Notes: generated from the letters alone by a model not told the origin. A DNA stretch of 64,000 bases from an uncultured Candidatus Saccharibacteria bacterium (GCA_964402535.1 CAYOCH010000001.1:8286-72285), one strand, 5' to 3'; counted from the stretch's first letter, positions 20,095 to 30,135 are shown. Numbers and translations are program-made.

Positions 20095-22899
20095 TTATCG
20101 CGAGAGGTAGCGCTCCCGAATCATGTTCTCTACCGTAGCACGGTCGCGGCCGTAGGTGAGGGAGGAGAGCTGGATAAGGTCGTTCACCTGCTCGTGATTC
20201 AGTGCCGGCAGATCGGGCGTGCGCAGGTCGAAGGGCTGCTGCGGTACGCCCTGCGAGAGGATCTTCATGTATGCATTGCGGTTCTCGATATTCACGAAGT
20301 CGAGGGCGACGAAGACGGGCGCGAACTGCTTGGCGAAGAACTCGGCATCCTCCTCCCCGACGCGGAAGACCGCCATGTTCCCCACGTTGCCGAAGACTGC
20401 GTCGCGCGTCTTCTCCTCGATCTGGCTCAAGAATTGGTGCGCGACCGTCAAGGAGAGCTTGTACTTGCGCGCCTCCGAAAGGATGCCCGGGATCGAGTCG
20501 GTCGTCACGTTCTGGAACTCGTCGATATACAGATAGAACGGCGGATACGCCGCGCGCGGATTGTCAGCGCGCGAGAGCGCGGCCATGAAGAGCTTGCCGA
20601 CGATGATGAGGCCGAGGAGGTTCGCGTTCTTCTCGCCCAAGCGCCCCTTCGAGAGGTTGATGAGCAGGATCTTCTTGGTATCCATCACCTCGCGGAATTT
20701 GAAAGAGGACTCCTGCTGCCCCACGATCGGGCGGATGAAGTCGTTCGCCGTGAAGTCGTCGAACTTGTTCGTGATATAGGGCACGATATTCTCCAAGGCC
20801 GCGTCACCGCCGGCCTTCGTCGCGATGTCTGTCCAGAACTGGTTCACGATCGGGTTGAGGCTCTTCGCGAGCTTCATGCGGCGGTACTCGCTGTTCGAGA
20901 GCACGCGCGCTATGTCGAGGATCGTCGAGCCGCTCGAAGGATCCTCCATCACGAGCTGCGTCGCATTACGGAAGTATTGCTCGAACGCGGGACCCATCGA
21001 CTCGGGCACGTCGCCATAGAGCCGCTTGAAGATCATCAGGAGCTCGTTGACGATGAACGTCTTCTGCTCCGGCCGCGAAAGATCGTATTCGAGGAAGTTG
21101 AGCGAGAAGGGGCGCGAGAGATCTGCCGGATCGAAGTAGATCACGTCCTTGTAGCGCTCGGGCGGGATCGCCGCGAGGATGTCGAGGATATCGGTGCCAT
21201 GCGGGTCGATAAAGCAGCAGCCCTCGCCCGCATTGATGTCCTGAATGATCATCGACTTCATCAGCCCGGTTTTGCCCGTGCCCGTCTGGCCGATCACATA
21301 GAGGTGCCGCAGGCGATCCTCGCTCGTGAGATAGATCGGCGTTTCTTGTCCGCGGTAGGAGTTGATGCCGAGAAGCGCGCCTGATTGAGGGAGGTTCATG
21401 GGTGCCGCGGCGTGCGTAAATCGCGCCTGCTTCAGGTGCGGCGAGCTCGCGATACCCGCTGGCGGGAAGTGATAGAGCGTCGTGAGCTCGCGCAGCGATA
21501 AGGGAAGCGCCTCTGCCGCAGGGACGCGGAATGAGAAGTCCTCGAACAACGCTTGCGCGCTTCGGCCTTCGATGCGTTTGAAGTCGAGCCGGTTCCCTTG
21601 CGTGTTACCGAACTGGTTGAATCCGGCCTCGAGCTCGCTCAAGACCTGCCCGGCCTTGCGCTCATCGGCAGAGGACGCGACAAGCCGGATCGTCGCGCCG
21701 ACGATCGGCGTCGCGATCTTCTTCTCGACCTCTTGGATGTAACTCTTGTTCGCTTCGGCTTGGCGCGTCTCGGCCTCCTTCGCCTTCTCGACATCCTTGG
21801 GCTTGCTCGAAAAGAGCCGCTTGCTGAAGTCGCGTGCAAGCTCGCCAAACGCCGTCTCGGGCGTGGTGAAGGCGGCTTGGCGCTTCTCCCCTTTTCGCAG
21901 CGCCTGGAGGATCTTGCTGTAGTGGCGCACGTGCCGATCGCCGCGCGGCTCGATGATGAGCTGTATCGCGGCACCCTCGCCCTTGTGCTCGATCTTGGCG
22001 AACGCGTTCGTGATCGCGTTAATCGGGTCGTAGTCGAACTCCGGGTACTCCTTCAAGGGGAGCGCTGGATTCTCGGCCAAGGTCGCGACCGACGCGAGCG
22101 AGGCACCCTTGGGAGCGAAGATGTTGTAGTCCAAGGGCTGCGGGACCAGGTGTGCGTCCGGGAAGATCGCGAGGAGCTGCTTCTCGAAGAGCGCTGCCTT
22201 GCCGTTCGGCACTGCCGCATAGAACTGGAGCTCGGGCGAGTTCGCCGGCACAGCGAGCTCGAGCGCGAAGTAGGGCGGCTCGTCGCCCTGTGCATCGCCG
22301 ACCGAGAGCAACCCGGCATAGAACTGCTCCATGCCGGAGATGAGCTCCTTCAAGGTCTTCTGTCGCGCGCCCTGCTCTTGCACCTTCGGCGCGGGTAGCG
22401 CGATCTCGTAGAGCGTCATCTTGAGCGCGCGGAATCGGGGCGCCTTCTCGTCGGCCCCGGGCACCACGAGGCCGGCGGCGATGTAGCGCACCAGGTAGCG
22501 GTGGAAGTCGTCTGCGACCTCGGGGTCGCCCATCTTCTCGACGATCGCGAGCGCATTCTTGATCCCATGCTCCTGCATCGCCTGTTGCAGGCTCGCGATC
22601 ACGCGCTCGTCGTCGCCAAGGGCGAGATCAGAGAGGATAGCCTCGGCCTCGCTCTTCTTGGTCTTCTCGCTGATGCGATACTCGCGGGCGAGCACCTTAT
22701 CGGGCGCGTCGGCATGCTCCTTGACCTGCTCCGAGATGATGCGCACGTGCTCGAACGCGCTTGGCGACTTGCCCCTGCCCGCCAGCTCCGCCTCTTTCTT
22801 GGCCACTTGCTCGCGCAGGTAGGCCAATTCCGCTTCAGGCGTGGACAACGTCGGTGCCGATTCCATGTGATATCTAGTATACTGCACGCGAATGCTCAA
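20095..22899 (-). CDS. FtsK/HerA/TraD-VirD4-like P-loop ATPase (type IV secretion/conjugation coupling-protein-like)
   Basis: 934 aa; Walker A VIGQTGTGKTGLMK, Walker B YLYIDEFQNV, downstream TVAHQ motif; N-terminal about 450 aa lacks TM helices. Confidence 0.6.
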   Translation of the reverse strand: MSIRVQYTRYHMESAPTLSTPEAELAYLREQVAKKEAELAGRGKSPSAFEHVRIISEQVKEHADAPDKVLAREYRISEKTKKSEAEAILSDLALGDDERVIASLQQAMQEHGIKNALAIVEKMGDPEVADDFHRYLVRYIAAGLVVPGADEKAPRFRALKMTLYEIALPAPKVQEQGARQKTLKELISGMEQFYAGLLSVGDAQGDEPPYFALELAVPANSPELQFYAAVPNGKAALFEKQLLAIFPDAHLVPQPLDYNIFAPKGASLASVATLAENPALPLKEYPEFDYDPINAITNAFAKIEHKGEGAAIQLIIEPRGDRHVRHYSKILQALRKGEKRQAAFTTPETAFGELARDFSKRLFSSKPKDVEKAKEAETRQAEANKSYIQEVEKKIATPIVGATIRLVASSADERKAGQVLSELEAGFNQFGNTQGNRLDFKRIEGRSAQALFEDFSFRVPAAEALPLSLRELTTLYHFPPAGIASSPHLKQARFTHAAAPMNLPQSGALLGINSYRGQETPIYLTSEDRLRHLYVIGQTGTGKTGLMKSMIIQDINAGEGCCFIDPHGTDILDILAAIPPERYKDVIYFDPADLSRPFSLNFLEYDLSRPEQKTFIVNELLMIFKRLYGDVPESMGPAFEQYFRNATQLVMEDPSSGSTILDIARVLSNSEYRRMKLAKSLNPIVNQFWTDIATKAGGDAALENIVPYITNKFDDFTANDFIRPIVGQQESSFKFREVMDTKKILLINLSKGRLGEKNANLLGLIIVGKLFMAALSRADNPRAAYPPFYLYIDEFQNVTTDSIPGILSEARKYKLSLTVAHQFLSQIEEKTRDAVFGNVGNMAVFRVGEEDAEFFAKQFAPVFVALDFVNIENRNAYMKILSQGVPQQPFDLRTPDLPALNHEQVNDLIQLSSLTYGRDRATVENMIRERYLSR

Positions 22900-22936
22900 C
22901 TTCCTCTCCGCCTGTATAAATCTTGATCCGATCGAG

Positions 22937-23509
22937 ATGGTGAAGACCGGCAGCTACGTCGGCATCGCCGTGCTGGTCTTCGCCGAGAGCGGACTCCTCT
23001 TCGGCATCTTCCTCCCCGGCGACTCGCTCCTCTTTGCGGCCGGGCTCCTCGCGGCGGGCGGCGTGCTCTCGATCCAACCGCTCATCATCTTCGTCGTCAT
23101 CGCTGCGATCATCGGCGACTCGGTGGGCTATTGGTTCGGCGCAAACGTCGGCGTCAGCTTCTTCAAGCGCAAGGACTCCTTCTTCTTCAAGCAGGAATAC
23201 TTGAAGCGCACTGAGCGCTTCTACGAGACCTACGGCGGGCGTGCCGTCGTGCTCGCCCGCTTCATCCCGATTGTGCGTACGATCGCCCCGATCCTCGCCG
23301 GCGTCGGCTCGATGACCTATCGCCAATTCATCACCTACAACATCATCGGCGGCACGCTCTGGGGCGCCGGCATGCTCGCGCTCGGCTTCTCTCTCGGCTC
23401 CGTCCTCCCGAACGCCGAGTCCTATGTCCTCCCGCTCTCGCTCGTGATCATCGTCCTCTCATTCCTCCCTATCCTCCTCAACCTCCTACGCGGCAAAAAG
23501 GCAGTCTAG
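22937..23509 (+). CDS. DedA/VTT-domain family membrane protein
   Basis: YVGIAVLVFAESGLLFGIFLPGDSLL and FIPIVRTIAPILAGVG motifs typical of DedA; start trimmed to MVKTGS. Confidence 0.8.
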   Translation: MVKTGSYVGIAVLVFAESGLLFGIFLPGDSLLFAAGLLAAGGVLSIQPLIIFVVIAAIIGDSVGYWFGANVGVSFFKRKDSFFFKQEYLKRTERFYETYGGRAVVLARFIPIVRTIAPILAGVGSMTYRQFITYNIIGGTLWGAGMLALGFSLGSVLPNAESYVLPLSLVIIVLSFLPILLNLLRGKKAV

Positions 23510-23715
23510 TAGCCGATGCTATTGAGCGTTGTCGTGTAGCTCGAGAGGAACTGCGGGATCGCGAAAGCGAGGCCGATGAGAGGCAGGATGATAAGCGCGG
23601 CGGTGACGACGCCCGTCCAGAAGAGATACTTGCGCGCAGACTCTGCCGCGGCGGCGGCCTTCTCGGCATTCGCGTTTATCTCGTCGAGCAATGCTTTGAG
23701 TTCGGGGTCGATCAT
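23506..23715 (-). CDS. Hypothetical small membrane protein
   Basis: 69 aa with one C-terminal TM helix; overlaps DedA stop by 4 nt. Confidence 0.35.
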   Translation of the reverse strand: MIDPELKALLDEINANAEKAAAAAESARKYLFWTGVVTAALIILPLIGLAFAIPQFLSSYTTTLNSIGY

Positions 23716-23736
23716 GCCGACAGTATACGGTGCGTC

Positions 23737-24078
23737 TTAAAGCGGTTTACTCCAGAAATGGAAAACCCAGTTGATCACCATCAGCACGAGCGCGAAGAAG
23801 AAAGCCGGCCAGAAGCCCGCGACGACGAAGCCCGGCACGATATAGGCGGTGACCATCACGAGGAGCGCGTTGATCACGAGCGAGAAGAGGCCGAGCGTGA
23901 TGATGTTGATGGGAAGCGTGAGGATCGAGATGACCGGCTTGACGAAGAGATTCAAGGCGCCGAGCACGACAGCTGCGATTGCAGCGCCCGGATACGTCAC
24001 GGAGATGCCCTGCACGATATAGGCTGCGACCAATATCGCGAGCGTCGCAGTGATCCAGTGGACGAGCAACTTCACCAT
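23737..24078 (-). CDS. DUF360/YvlD-like (phage holin family 4-2) membrane protein
   Basis: 113 aa, 4 TM; pattern GALNLFVKPVISILTLPINIITLGLFSLVINALL matches the YvlD family. Confidence 0.65.
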   Translation of the reverse strand: MVKLLVHWITATLAILVAAYIVQGISVTYPGAAIAAVVLGALNLFVKPVISILTLPINIITLGLFSLVINALLVMVTAYIVPGFVVAGFWPAFFFALVLMVINWVFHFWSKPL

Positions 24079-24085
24079 ACTCGGA

Positions 24086-24835
24086 TCATATCAAAGATAC
24101 GACGATATAGACCATGAACGCGCCGAGGAGCGTCATGAGGGTGGTGAGAGCCCGCGGGTGACGGTGATGGCTCTCGGGGATCAGGTCGCTCGCCGACAGG
24201 TAGAGGAAGGTCCCGACGAAGAGGCCGAGCGCGAGCCCGATGTATTGCGGACCGATCGTAAAGAAGAGCGTGGCGGTGGCGCCGAGCAATGGCGCTGCTG
24301 CGTCGACAAGGAGCCAGCGGAAGGCGCGGCGCCAGGTGCCCCCGTTCTTCAGCACGAGATTCACCGTGTTGATGCCGTCAGAGAAGTCGTGGGTCAGCAC
24401 GGCAGCCGTCACGACGACGCCGACCGCCGCCGAGGCCTGAAAGCCGATGCCGATCGCCAAGCCATCGAGAAAGCTGTGTGCCGAGAGAGTAAACGCGCCG
24501 AAGCTGCCTCGTGCAGTGTGCGCCTGGTGCTCGTCATCTTCATCATGCGTGTGCAAGAGGATCAGCCGGTCGAGCACCAGATAGCCGAAGAAGCCTGCGG
24601 CGATCGCGAGCGCCACCGTCTCGGCGCTGTAATAGGCGGTACCGAGCGCCAATGCTTCGGGCAGAATGTCAAAAAGCGCGACGCCCGCGACTGCGCCAGC
24701 CGAGAAGCCGAGGATCAGATGCAGCTTGTCGCGGAACTTCAAAGCGAAGCTACCGCCGATAAAAGTCGCCGTGAACGCCGCGAGTGCGAACAGGATGGTC
24801 ATGCCGTCATGATACACCATCCCCGTTAGAACCAC
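24086..24835 (-). CDS. ZIP family metal (zinc) transporter
   Basis: 8 TM helices; His-rich loop HTHDEDDEHQAH; conserved HDFSDG block of ZupT-like transporters. Confidence 0.8.
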   Translation of the reverse strand: MVLTGMVYHDGMTILFALAAFTATFIGGSFALKFRDKLHLILGFSAGAVAGVALFDILPEALALGTAYYSAETVALAIAAGFFGYLVLDRLILLHTHDEDDEHQAHTARGSFGAFTLSAHSFLDGLAIGIGFQASAAVGVVVTAAVLTHDFSDGINTVNLVLKNGGTWRRAFRWLLVDAAAPLLGATATLFFTIGPQYIGLALGLFVGTFLYLSASDLIPESHHRHPRALTTLMTLLGAFMVYIVVSLI

Positions 24836-24882
24836 CCGAGAGCGGTGAGGATGAAGAGCTGCGAAATGGGTACCGGATGCTC

Positions 24883-25590
24883 CTATTTGACCACCTGGTC
24901 GAGCGCCGCCTTAAAGTTCGCGTAGGGGTACGCGCCGAGGATCAGCTGCTTGCCGATCACGAAGGCCGGGGTCGCGTTCACGCCCGCCTTCTGCCCTTCT
25001 GCCTTGTCGGAGGCGATTGCAGCGTCGTACGCCGCTTTGTTCGCGGCGACAGCTGCGGTGACCTTCGCCGCATCGATGCCCGCGACCGACTCCGTCGTCT
25101 TCTTGATCCAAGCGAGATAGTCGGCATCGTTCAGGGTGTTCTCGGTCGGCTGTGTCGCGTAGATCGCAGTGCGCCAGTCCATGTACTTGTCCGGATAGAG
25201 CTGCCACACCGCGCGGCCATACTCTGCGCCGACCAAAGAATCAGGACCAAGGAAGGCGAAGTCCATCACGACGATCTTGACCTTGCCGGTGGCGACATAG
25301 TCCGTAATGATCTGCGGCAGCGTATTCACCTCGAACTGCTTGCAGAAGGGGCACTGATAATCGCTCCAGAACGCGATCGTGAGGGGCGCATCGGCTTTGC
25401 CGATGTAGGGGTCGCCGGCCGTCTTCAGGTCCTTGACTTCTGCCTGCGCCGCAGGCGGCTCGTCGCCCTGCTGCCCTGCCCCAGCCTGCCCGGCAGGGCG
25501 AGAGCCGTTCCAGAGCACGGCGCCCGCGATCAGGATGCCGGCCACGATGACGGCGACGGGTAAGAATTTGCTAGTGTCGGTGGTTTCCAT
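24883..25590 (-). CDS. DsbA-like thioredoxin-fold thiol:disulfide oxidoreductase, membrane-anchored
   Basis: CPFC active site in WSDYQCPFCKQF; start trimmed to METTDTSKF. Confidence 0.8.
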   Translation of the reverse strand: METTDTSKFLPVAVIVAGILIAGAVLWNGSRPAGQAGAGQQGDEPPAAQAEVKDLKTAGDPYIGKADAPLTIAFWSDYQCPFCKQFEVNTLPQIITDYVATGKVKIVVMDFAFLGPDSLVGAEYGRAVWQLYPDKYMDWRTAIYATQPTENTLNDADYLAWIKKTTESVAGIDAAKVTAAVAANKAAYDAAIASDKAEGQKAGVNATPAFVIGKQLILGAYPYANFKAALDQVVK

Positions 25591-25642
25591 ATGCGGGAGA
25601 TGATAGCATGCGCATAGACTGCGCAACCTGGGAGATATCGTT

Positions 25643-26116
25643 ATGAAAATCGCTACACTCGGCATCATCCTGAACGATAAGGGCGAGGTCCTCCTTGGCT
25701 TGAAAAAGAAGGGAGAGATCGGCACGGGCAAGCTCTCGGGCCCTGGCGGCAAGCTCGACCCGGGCGAGACACTCGAGAGCTGCTTGCTCCGTGAGACGCG
25801 CGAGGAGCTCGAGATCGAGCTTGATCCACGATCGCTCGAGCTCGCCGCACGGATCGACTTCTACGCCGACAACGCGTGCGACTTCTGCGTCTGGGTGTAT
25901 CGCGCAGAGATCTTGTCGGGAGAGCTTCATGAGACCGATGATATGGTACCGGGTTGGTTCCCGCTCACAGACGAAACATTCAAGCGGACCTACGAGGCTG
26001 ATCGGCACTGGCTGCCCAGAGCAGTCAATGGCGAGAAGTTTCGCGTCGACGTGTTCTATAAGGATCGCGCCAATACCTTTGACCGCATCGGCGAGTTCCA
26101 TCCGCTCACCATTTGA
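25643..26116 (+). CDS. NUDIX hydrolase (MutT-like)
   Basis: NUDIX box GPGGKLDPGETLESCLLRETREELEIE. Confidence 0.85.
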   Translation: MKIATLGIILNDKGEVLLGLKKKGEIGTGKLSGPGGKLDPGETLESCLLRETREELEIELDPRSLELAARIDFYADNACDFCVWVYRAEILSGELHETDDMVPGWFPLTDETFKRTYEADRHWLPRAVNGEKFRVDVFYKDRANTFDRIGEFHPLTI

Positions 26117-26118
26117 AA

Positions 26119-26148
26119 CGGCCGCCCCTCGGGGCGGCCGCTTTGTTT
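26119..26148 (+). terminator. Intrinsic terminator (CGGCCGCCCC-TC-GGGGCGGCCG plus CTTTGTTT)
   Basis: Perfect 10-bp GC stem plus T-rich tail immediately after the NUDIX stop. Confidence 0.75.
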
Positions 26149-27253
26149 ACTGGTACTGGATGTAAATTGGTGACGGATCGAGGTTAAGCACCTCGGTTGT
26201 CGTGAGGAGGCCGGTCGATGGCGGTTTGACGTCGTTCTTATAGAAGAGCTTCACGCCGGTGAACTGCACGGGCTCGTCAGCGATCACGCGCGCGTAGGTG
26301 TTCTTCTTCTTCGCCTGCGAGCCCCAGCCGTCCATGTCCATCACGATCTGCACCTCGGGGAGCGGAGTGATGTCCCGGTAGTTCGTAACCATCTCCTCAG
26401 TGAACCGGTGCACCACGAGGACCTTTGGCGGCAGCTTATTGTCGCGCACGAGCTGCGCCAGATAACGTGCCGCAAAATTGATATCCGCTGCGTCGAAGGT
26501 GCCGATCATGCGCCCGGGCGCCTCGCCGTACTTCATCGAGAACTCCGGATCGATCGCGAGATGCACATCCGGCAGCTTGAGATACTTCTCGAGCAATGGA
26601 AGCTCGTCCGCGAGCGTGCTCTTCCCCACCTGCACGTCAATGAAGAGGAGCCCGTTTATCTTCCGCGCCATCTCGAGCGCATGATCGATCTGGTCGTCCG
26701 GCATGCGGAGGATGTACTTGCCCTCTCTGCCGGCGGTCGCCTGCGCGACGACCGCGATGTACTGGATCGCGGGGATGGTCGGCGTCGTCGGATCAGCCTT
26801 CGCCCACTGCTCCGTCGAGCTCGCGAGCATCGAGATGACCTGCTCCTCGGGATATTCGCCCAAGATGCCCATGCCTTTCGAATAGAAGTTCCCGTAATAG
26901 GCGACGATGCGCTTGAAGGGCAGGATCGCCCCCACCTCCGGGTACGCAGTCGAGACCGGCCACGGGTGGCCGGGCATATACACGGTTGAGGAAGCGGTCG
27001 AGATCGGCAGCGTGGGTGGCGTTGAACTCGCGGTAGTCGAGGTCGCCGTCGAGGTAGCGATGGTGATATGCGCGAGCGCAAGCATCCGCGCGTTATAGTC
27101 AGCCTTGTCGAGAGTCGGGAGCGGGATGAATCTTTCCGGTGAATTCGCCGCCTCGCTCAAATACTCGCTCGCGACGAATCCCGAGAACCCGAGGAGATAC
27201 ACGAGGCCGAGTATGACGACGACAATCAACGTCACGCGGACCTTCGTGTTCAT
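26147..27253 (-). CDS. Hypothetical secreted protein (N-terminal TM anchor, Thr/Ser-rich linker, globular domain)
   Basis: Start trimmed to MNTKVRV; no confident domain assignment. Confidence 0.45.
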   Translation of the reverse strand: MNTKVRVTLIVVVILGLVYLLGFSGFVASEYLSEAANSPERFIPLPTLDKADYNARMLALAHITIATSTATSTTASSTPPTLPISTASSTVYMPGHPWPVSTAYPEVGAILPFKRIVAYYGNFYSKGMGILGEYPEEQVISMLASSTEQWAKADPTTPTIPAIQYIAVVAQATAGREGKYILRMPDDQIDHALEMARKINGLLFIDVQVGKSTLADELPLLEKYLKLPDVHLAIDPEFSMKYGEAPGRMIGTFDAADINFAARYLAQLVRDNKLPPKVLVVHRFTEEMVTNYRDITPLPEVQIVMDMDGWGSQAKKKNTYARVIADEPVQFTGVKLFYKNDVKPPSTGLLTTTEVLNLDPSPIYIQYQ

Positions 27254-27289
27254 GATGCCCCTATAGTAGCCCATGCGGCCGCCCTGCCG

Positions 27290-28471
27290 CTAGTCGCCCG
27301 AGTCGCGCTCACTGCTGCCCCCGTCCTTCTGGCCGTTCGAGTCAGTCTTCGACTTGTGCTTCGACTGATCAGACTGTCTGTCGTGAGAGTCCGTCTGCTC
27401 GGTACTCAACTGGAGCCCTTGCTGCAGCGATGTGTCGGCCGCCTTCGCCGCGCTCTCAGAGTCGAGGAGCGACGAGAACGCCTTCTGCGCGTCGCCCGAA
27501 TGTTGCTCGGACTGCGCGTTCTTGAGAGCGTCCATCGCCTGCTGCAGCGACTCGACCGAGCTGCCGACGATCTCGCGCTGCACCGAGGAGCTCGCGGGCG
27601 TCGTCGTCGAGAAGTCGCGGATCGTGTTCGAGGCGTTCGCAATGATCTGCTGCACCGCCTGCACGCGCGCGTCGAACTGCTGCTGCGCATCAGTGTCGCC
27701 GTAACCGCGCGAGCGTACGGGCGCGCCCTCACGCAGCGGCGGCGTTGTCGAGCCGCTCGTGCTCGCGAGCGGCGCCGCAGCGCTCCAGTACACCTGTGCG
27801 GCGTTCTCACGCGCCGCGTGCGCGGCCTCAGCGCTCGCGCCGACCGCGTCCTGGAGCGACGCGACGTCAGAGGCGAGCGAGCTCGTGGCCGCGCCGCCGA
27901 TCACCGAGAGGATCTGCGCATGCGCGTTCACCCCCGCCTCGAAGTCGACGGCAGCGTTCACGAGCGCGACCGTGGGAGTCGTGGATGCCGCCTTCTGCAC
28001 TATCGTATTAAAAGTCTCTGCACTTTTCTGAAAATTGGTCTGGAGCGTCTGCACGTCGGCGATCGTGAGGCGCCCCTGCGCCGCCAGTGTTTCTGCTTCT
28101 TGGAGACGCCGCAGCGCGACCTGCGCCTCCCAGCGCGCCTGTGGTACCGCGCCGAAGGTCATCGCGCTCGTCGCCGGCTCCATGACGTAGAGCTTGACCG
28201 GGTAGAGCAGGTCGCCCGGCAAGGCGCCCTCTGAGGCATACGCCGCCGAGCCGCCCGTGAGCACCACGAGCAAGAGCGCGGCGATCGCGTACCTTGAAGA
28301 GAAGCGCGAGACGTAGACCCGCCACGGCGAGACGATGAGCGGCGGGTGCGCCTCCATGTGCGCAGAGAGGCGCGCGAATACCGCCGCCTTCTCCGCCGGA
28401 GAGAGCCGGATCTTCTTCAATCCCGCTATGCCTTTCTGTAGGGTTTCGTCAGTCATGTTTGGCTTCATCAT
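27290..28471 (-). CDS. Putative anti-sigma factor (membrane-spanning, immediately downstream of the ECF sigma gene, 23-nt overlap)
   Basis: Single central TM helix, cytoplasmic N-terminal domain, long Ala/Gln-rich extracytoplasmic part; gene order sigma then anti-sigma. Confidence 0.5.
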   Translation of the reverse strand: MMKPNMTDETLQKGIAGLKKIRLSPAEKAAVFARLSAHMEAHPPLIVSPWRVYVSRFSSRYAIAALLLVVLTGGSAAYASEGALPGDLLYPVKLYVMEPATSAMTFGAVPQARWEAQVALRRLQEAETLAAQGRLTIADVQTLQTNFQKSAETFNTIVQKAASTTPTVALVNAAVDFEAGVNAHAQILSVIGGAATSSLASDVASLQDAVGASAEAAHAARENAAQVYWSAAAPLASTSGSTTPPLREGAPVRSRGYGDTDAQQQFDARVQAVQQIIANASNTIRDFSTTTPASSSVQREIVGSSVESLQQAMDALKNAQSEQHSGDAQKAFSSLLDSESAAKAADTSLQQGLQLSTEQTDSHDRQSDQSKHKSKTDSNGQKDGGSSERDSGD

Positions 28472-28988
28472 AGCCTGCCACCTTGCGCAGCTGCTTCAGT
28501 CCGCGATGGAGCCGGACCGAGACCACGTTCACCGTGACGCCGAGGATCTGGGCGATCTCTTTGGGACGCAGGTCCTCGACGTAGCGCAGGTACACGGCTT
28601 GTTGATATGTCGCATCAAGGTCACGAATCTTACCGAGCAGTGCCCGCGCCTCGTGCGACATCTCGATCTGCGCCTTGCCGTCCTCGCTCTCCATAAACAC
28701 CTCGATGTCCGTCTCGGCCGCCTCGGCGAGGGCGTCGAGCGAGACCGCCTTCTTGCGGCGGTACCAGTCGATGATCCGGTTACGCGCGATCGTGAAGAGG
28801 AACGCCCTGCCCCGGTGCACCTCGACCCTCCCGGCGGCCACCACTTCCCAGAAGCTTAAGAACGACTCTTGCATGATGTCGAGCGCCACCTCCTTGTCGG
28901 AGGTTCGGAGAAGGCAAAAGCGATAGATCGAATCCGCTTCGTCGACATACATCTTTGCGAATTGTTTCTTCAAATCATCCGGGGCCAT
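28449..28988 (-). CDS. RNA polymerase sigma-70 factor, ECF subfamily
   Basis: Region 2 (FLFTIARNRIIDWYRRKK) and region 4 HTH (YLRYVEDLRPKEIAQILGVTVNVVSVRLHRG). Confidence 0.85.
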   Translation of the reverse strand: MAPDDLKKQFAKMYVDEADSIYRFCLLRTSDKEVALDIMQESFLSFWEVVAAGRVEVHRGRAFLFTIARNRIIDWYRRKKAVSLDALAEAAETDIEVFMESEDGKAQIEMSHEARALLGKIRDLDATYQQAVYLRYVEDLRPKEIAQILGVTVNVVSVRLHRGLKQLRKVAGYDEAKHD

Positions 28989-29139
28989 ACATGAAGACGT
29001 GCGGGAATGCCCTTTCTTACGCGTGCGGCTGTAAGAATGGGTCATTCATGACGTCTAGGGGTGTGTGAGCACTTCAGAAATATATCCGAACGGTACCAGA
29101 AACGATACCACCGATTCATTAGCAATTAATTAGCAGCAC

Positions 29140-30135
29140 ATGACATATATCAGGAAATGGTTCGGGCTCTTCCTGGCTCTGTCGCTTTCGATGACGCCCG
29201 CATTCGCGTCCGCGGCACCGGGACACGGCGACGGGAACGGCAGGGCCGAGGGAGATTCCGAACAACACGCAGCACGTAGCGCGCTCACGCTCTCGATGCC
29301 GGCGATCCGCACGACGCCGGCGCAGGATCCGGTAGAGTGGCGCGGCGGCACCGATAACGGCCTCGGCAACGCCGGCCGCAACATGGGTCTCGGCACGGAG
29401 AAGCATGCGGACGCCGAGGACGGTAACGGCACGACCACGATCGTCAGCGAACATCACGGCGACACTGCCGACAAAGACGACGATGAGTGCGCCGAGGCGA
29501 CTGTCTCGAGCGACGACGATGACTGCACGGCGACCACGACGCCGCCTGCAGCCGCCGCGCCAGTGGTGAGCTCGATCACAGCCGCTCCGGCGACCTCCAC
29601 CGCGACGATCGCATGGATCACCGACACTCCCGCGACGAGCGTCATCTACTGGGGCACGGCGAACCCGCTCGACCCGAACGCTTCGACAACGCTCTCGATG
29701 AGCGATCCTGCCCTGCTCACAGGCCACTCGCTCAGTCTGACGGGTCTCACCGCGAGCACGACGTATGAGTTCATCGTCCGTTCCGCAAATAGCGTCGGGA
29801 CGACGACGTCGAACCCGTTCACCTTCACGACGCATCCGGTCGTCGCGCCGCTCTCGCTCTCGAGCGTAATGCCGACCTCGACGACGCCCGGCGCGGTGAC
29901 ACTCTCGTGGACGACGAACGCCCCGGCGACGGGTACGGTCTTCTTCGGCACGACGACGCCGCTCGACCTCCTGGCCACGACAACGCCCAGGGTCTCGACG
30001 ACGACCTTGAGCACGGCTCACTCGCTCACGATCACGGGCCTCACGGCGAGCACGACGTACCACTTCGTCGCGCAGTCGACGGACGCCTCGAACAACACGG
30101 CCACTTCGAGCGACATCCCGTTCCTCGTTCCTTAA
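29140..30135 (+). CDS. Secreted protein with two fibronectin-III-like repeats
   Basis: Signal peptide; two about 95-aa repeats (ATSTATIAWITD...TGLTASTTYEF and PGAVTLSWTT...TGLTASTTYHF). Confidence 0.55.
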   Translation: MTYIRKWFGLFLALSLSMTPAFASAAPGHGDGNGRAEGDSEQHAARSALTLSMPAIRTTPAQDPVEWRGGTDNGLGNAGRNMGLGTEKHADAEDGNGTTTIVSEHHGDTADKDDDECAEATVSSDDDDCTATTTPPAAAAPVVSSITAAPATSTATIAWITDTPATSVIYWGTANPLDPNASTTLSMSDPALLTGHSLSLTGLTASTTYEFIVRSANSVGTTTSNPFTFTTHPVVAPLSLSSVMPTSTTPGAVTLSWTTNAPATGTVFFGTTTPLDLLATTTPRVSTTTLSTAHSLTITGLTASTTYHFVAQSTDASNNTATSSDIPFLVP

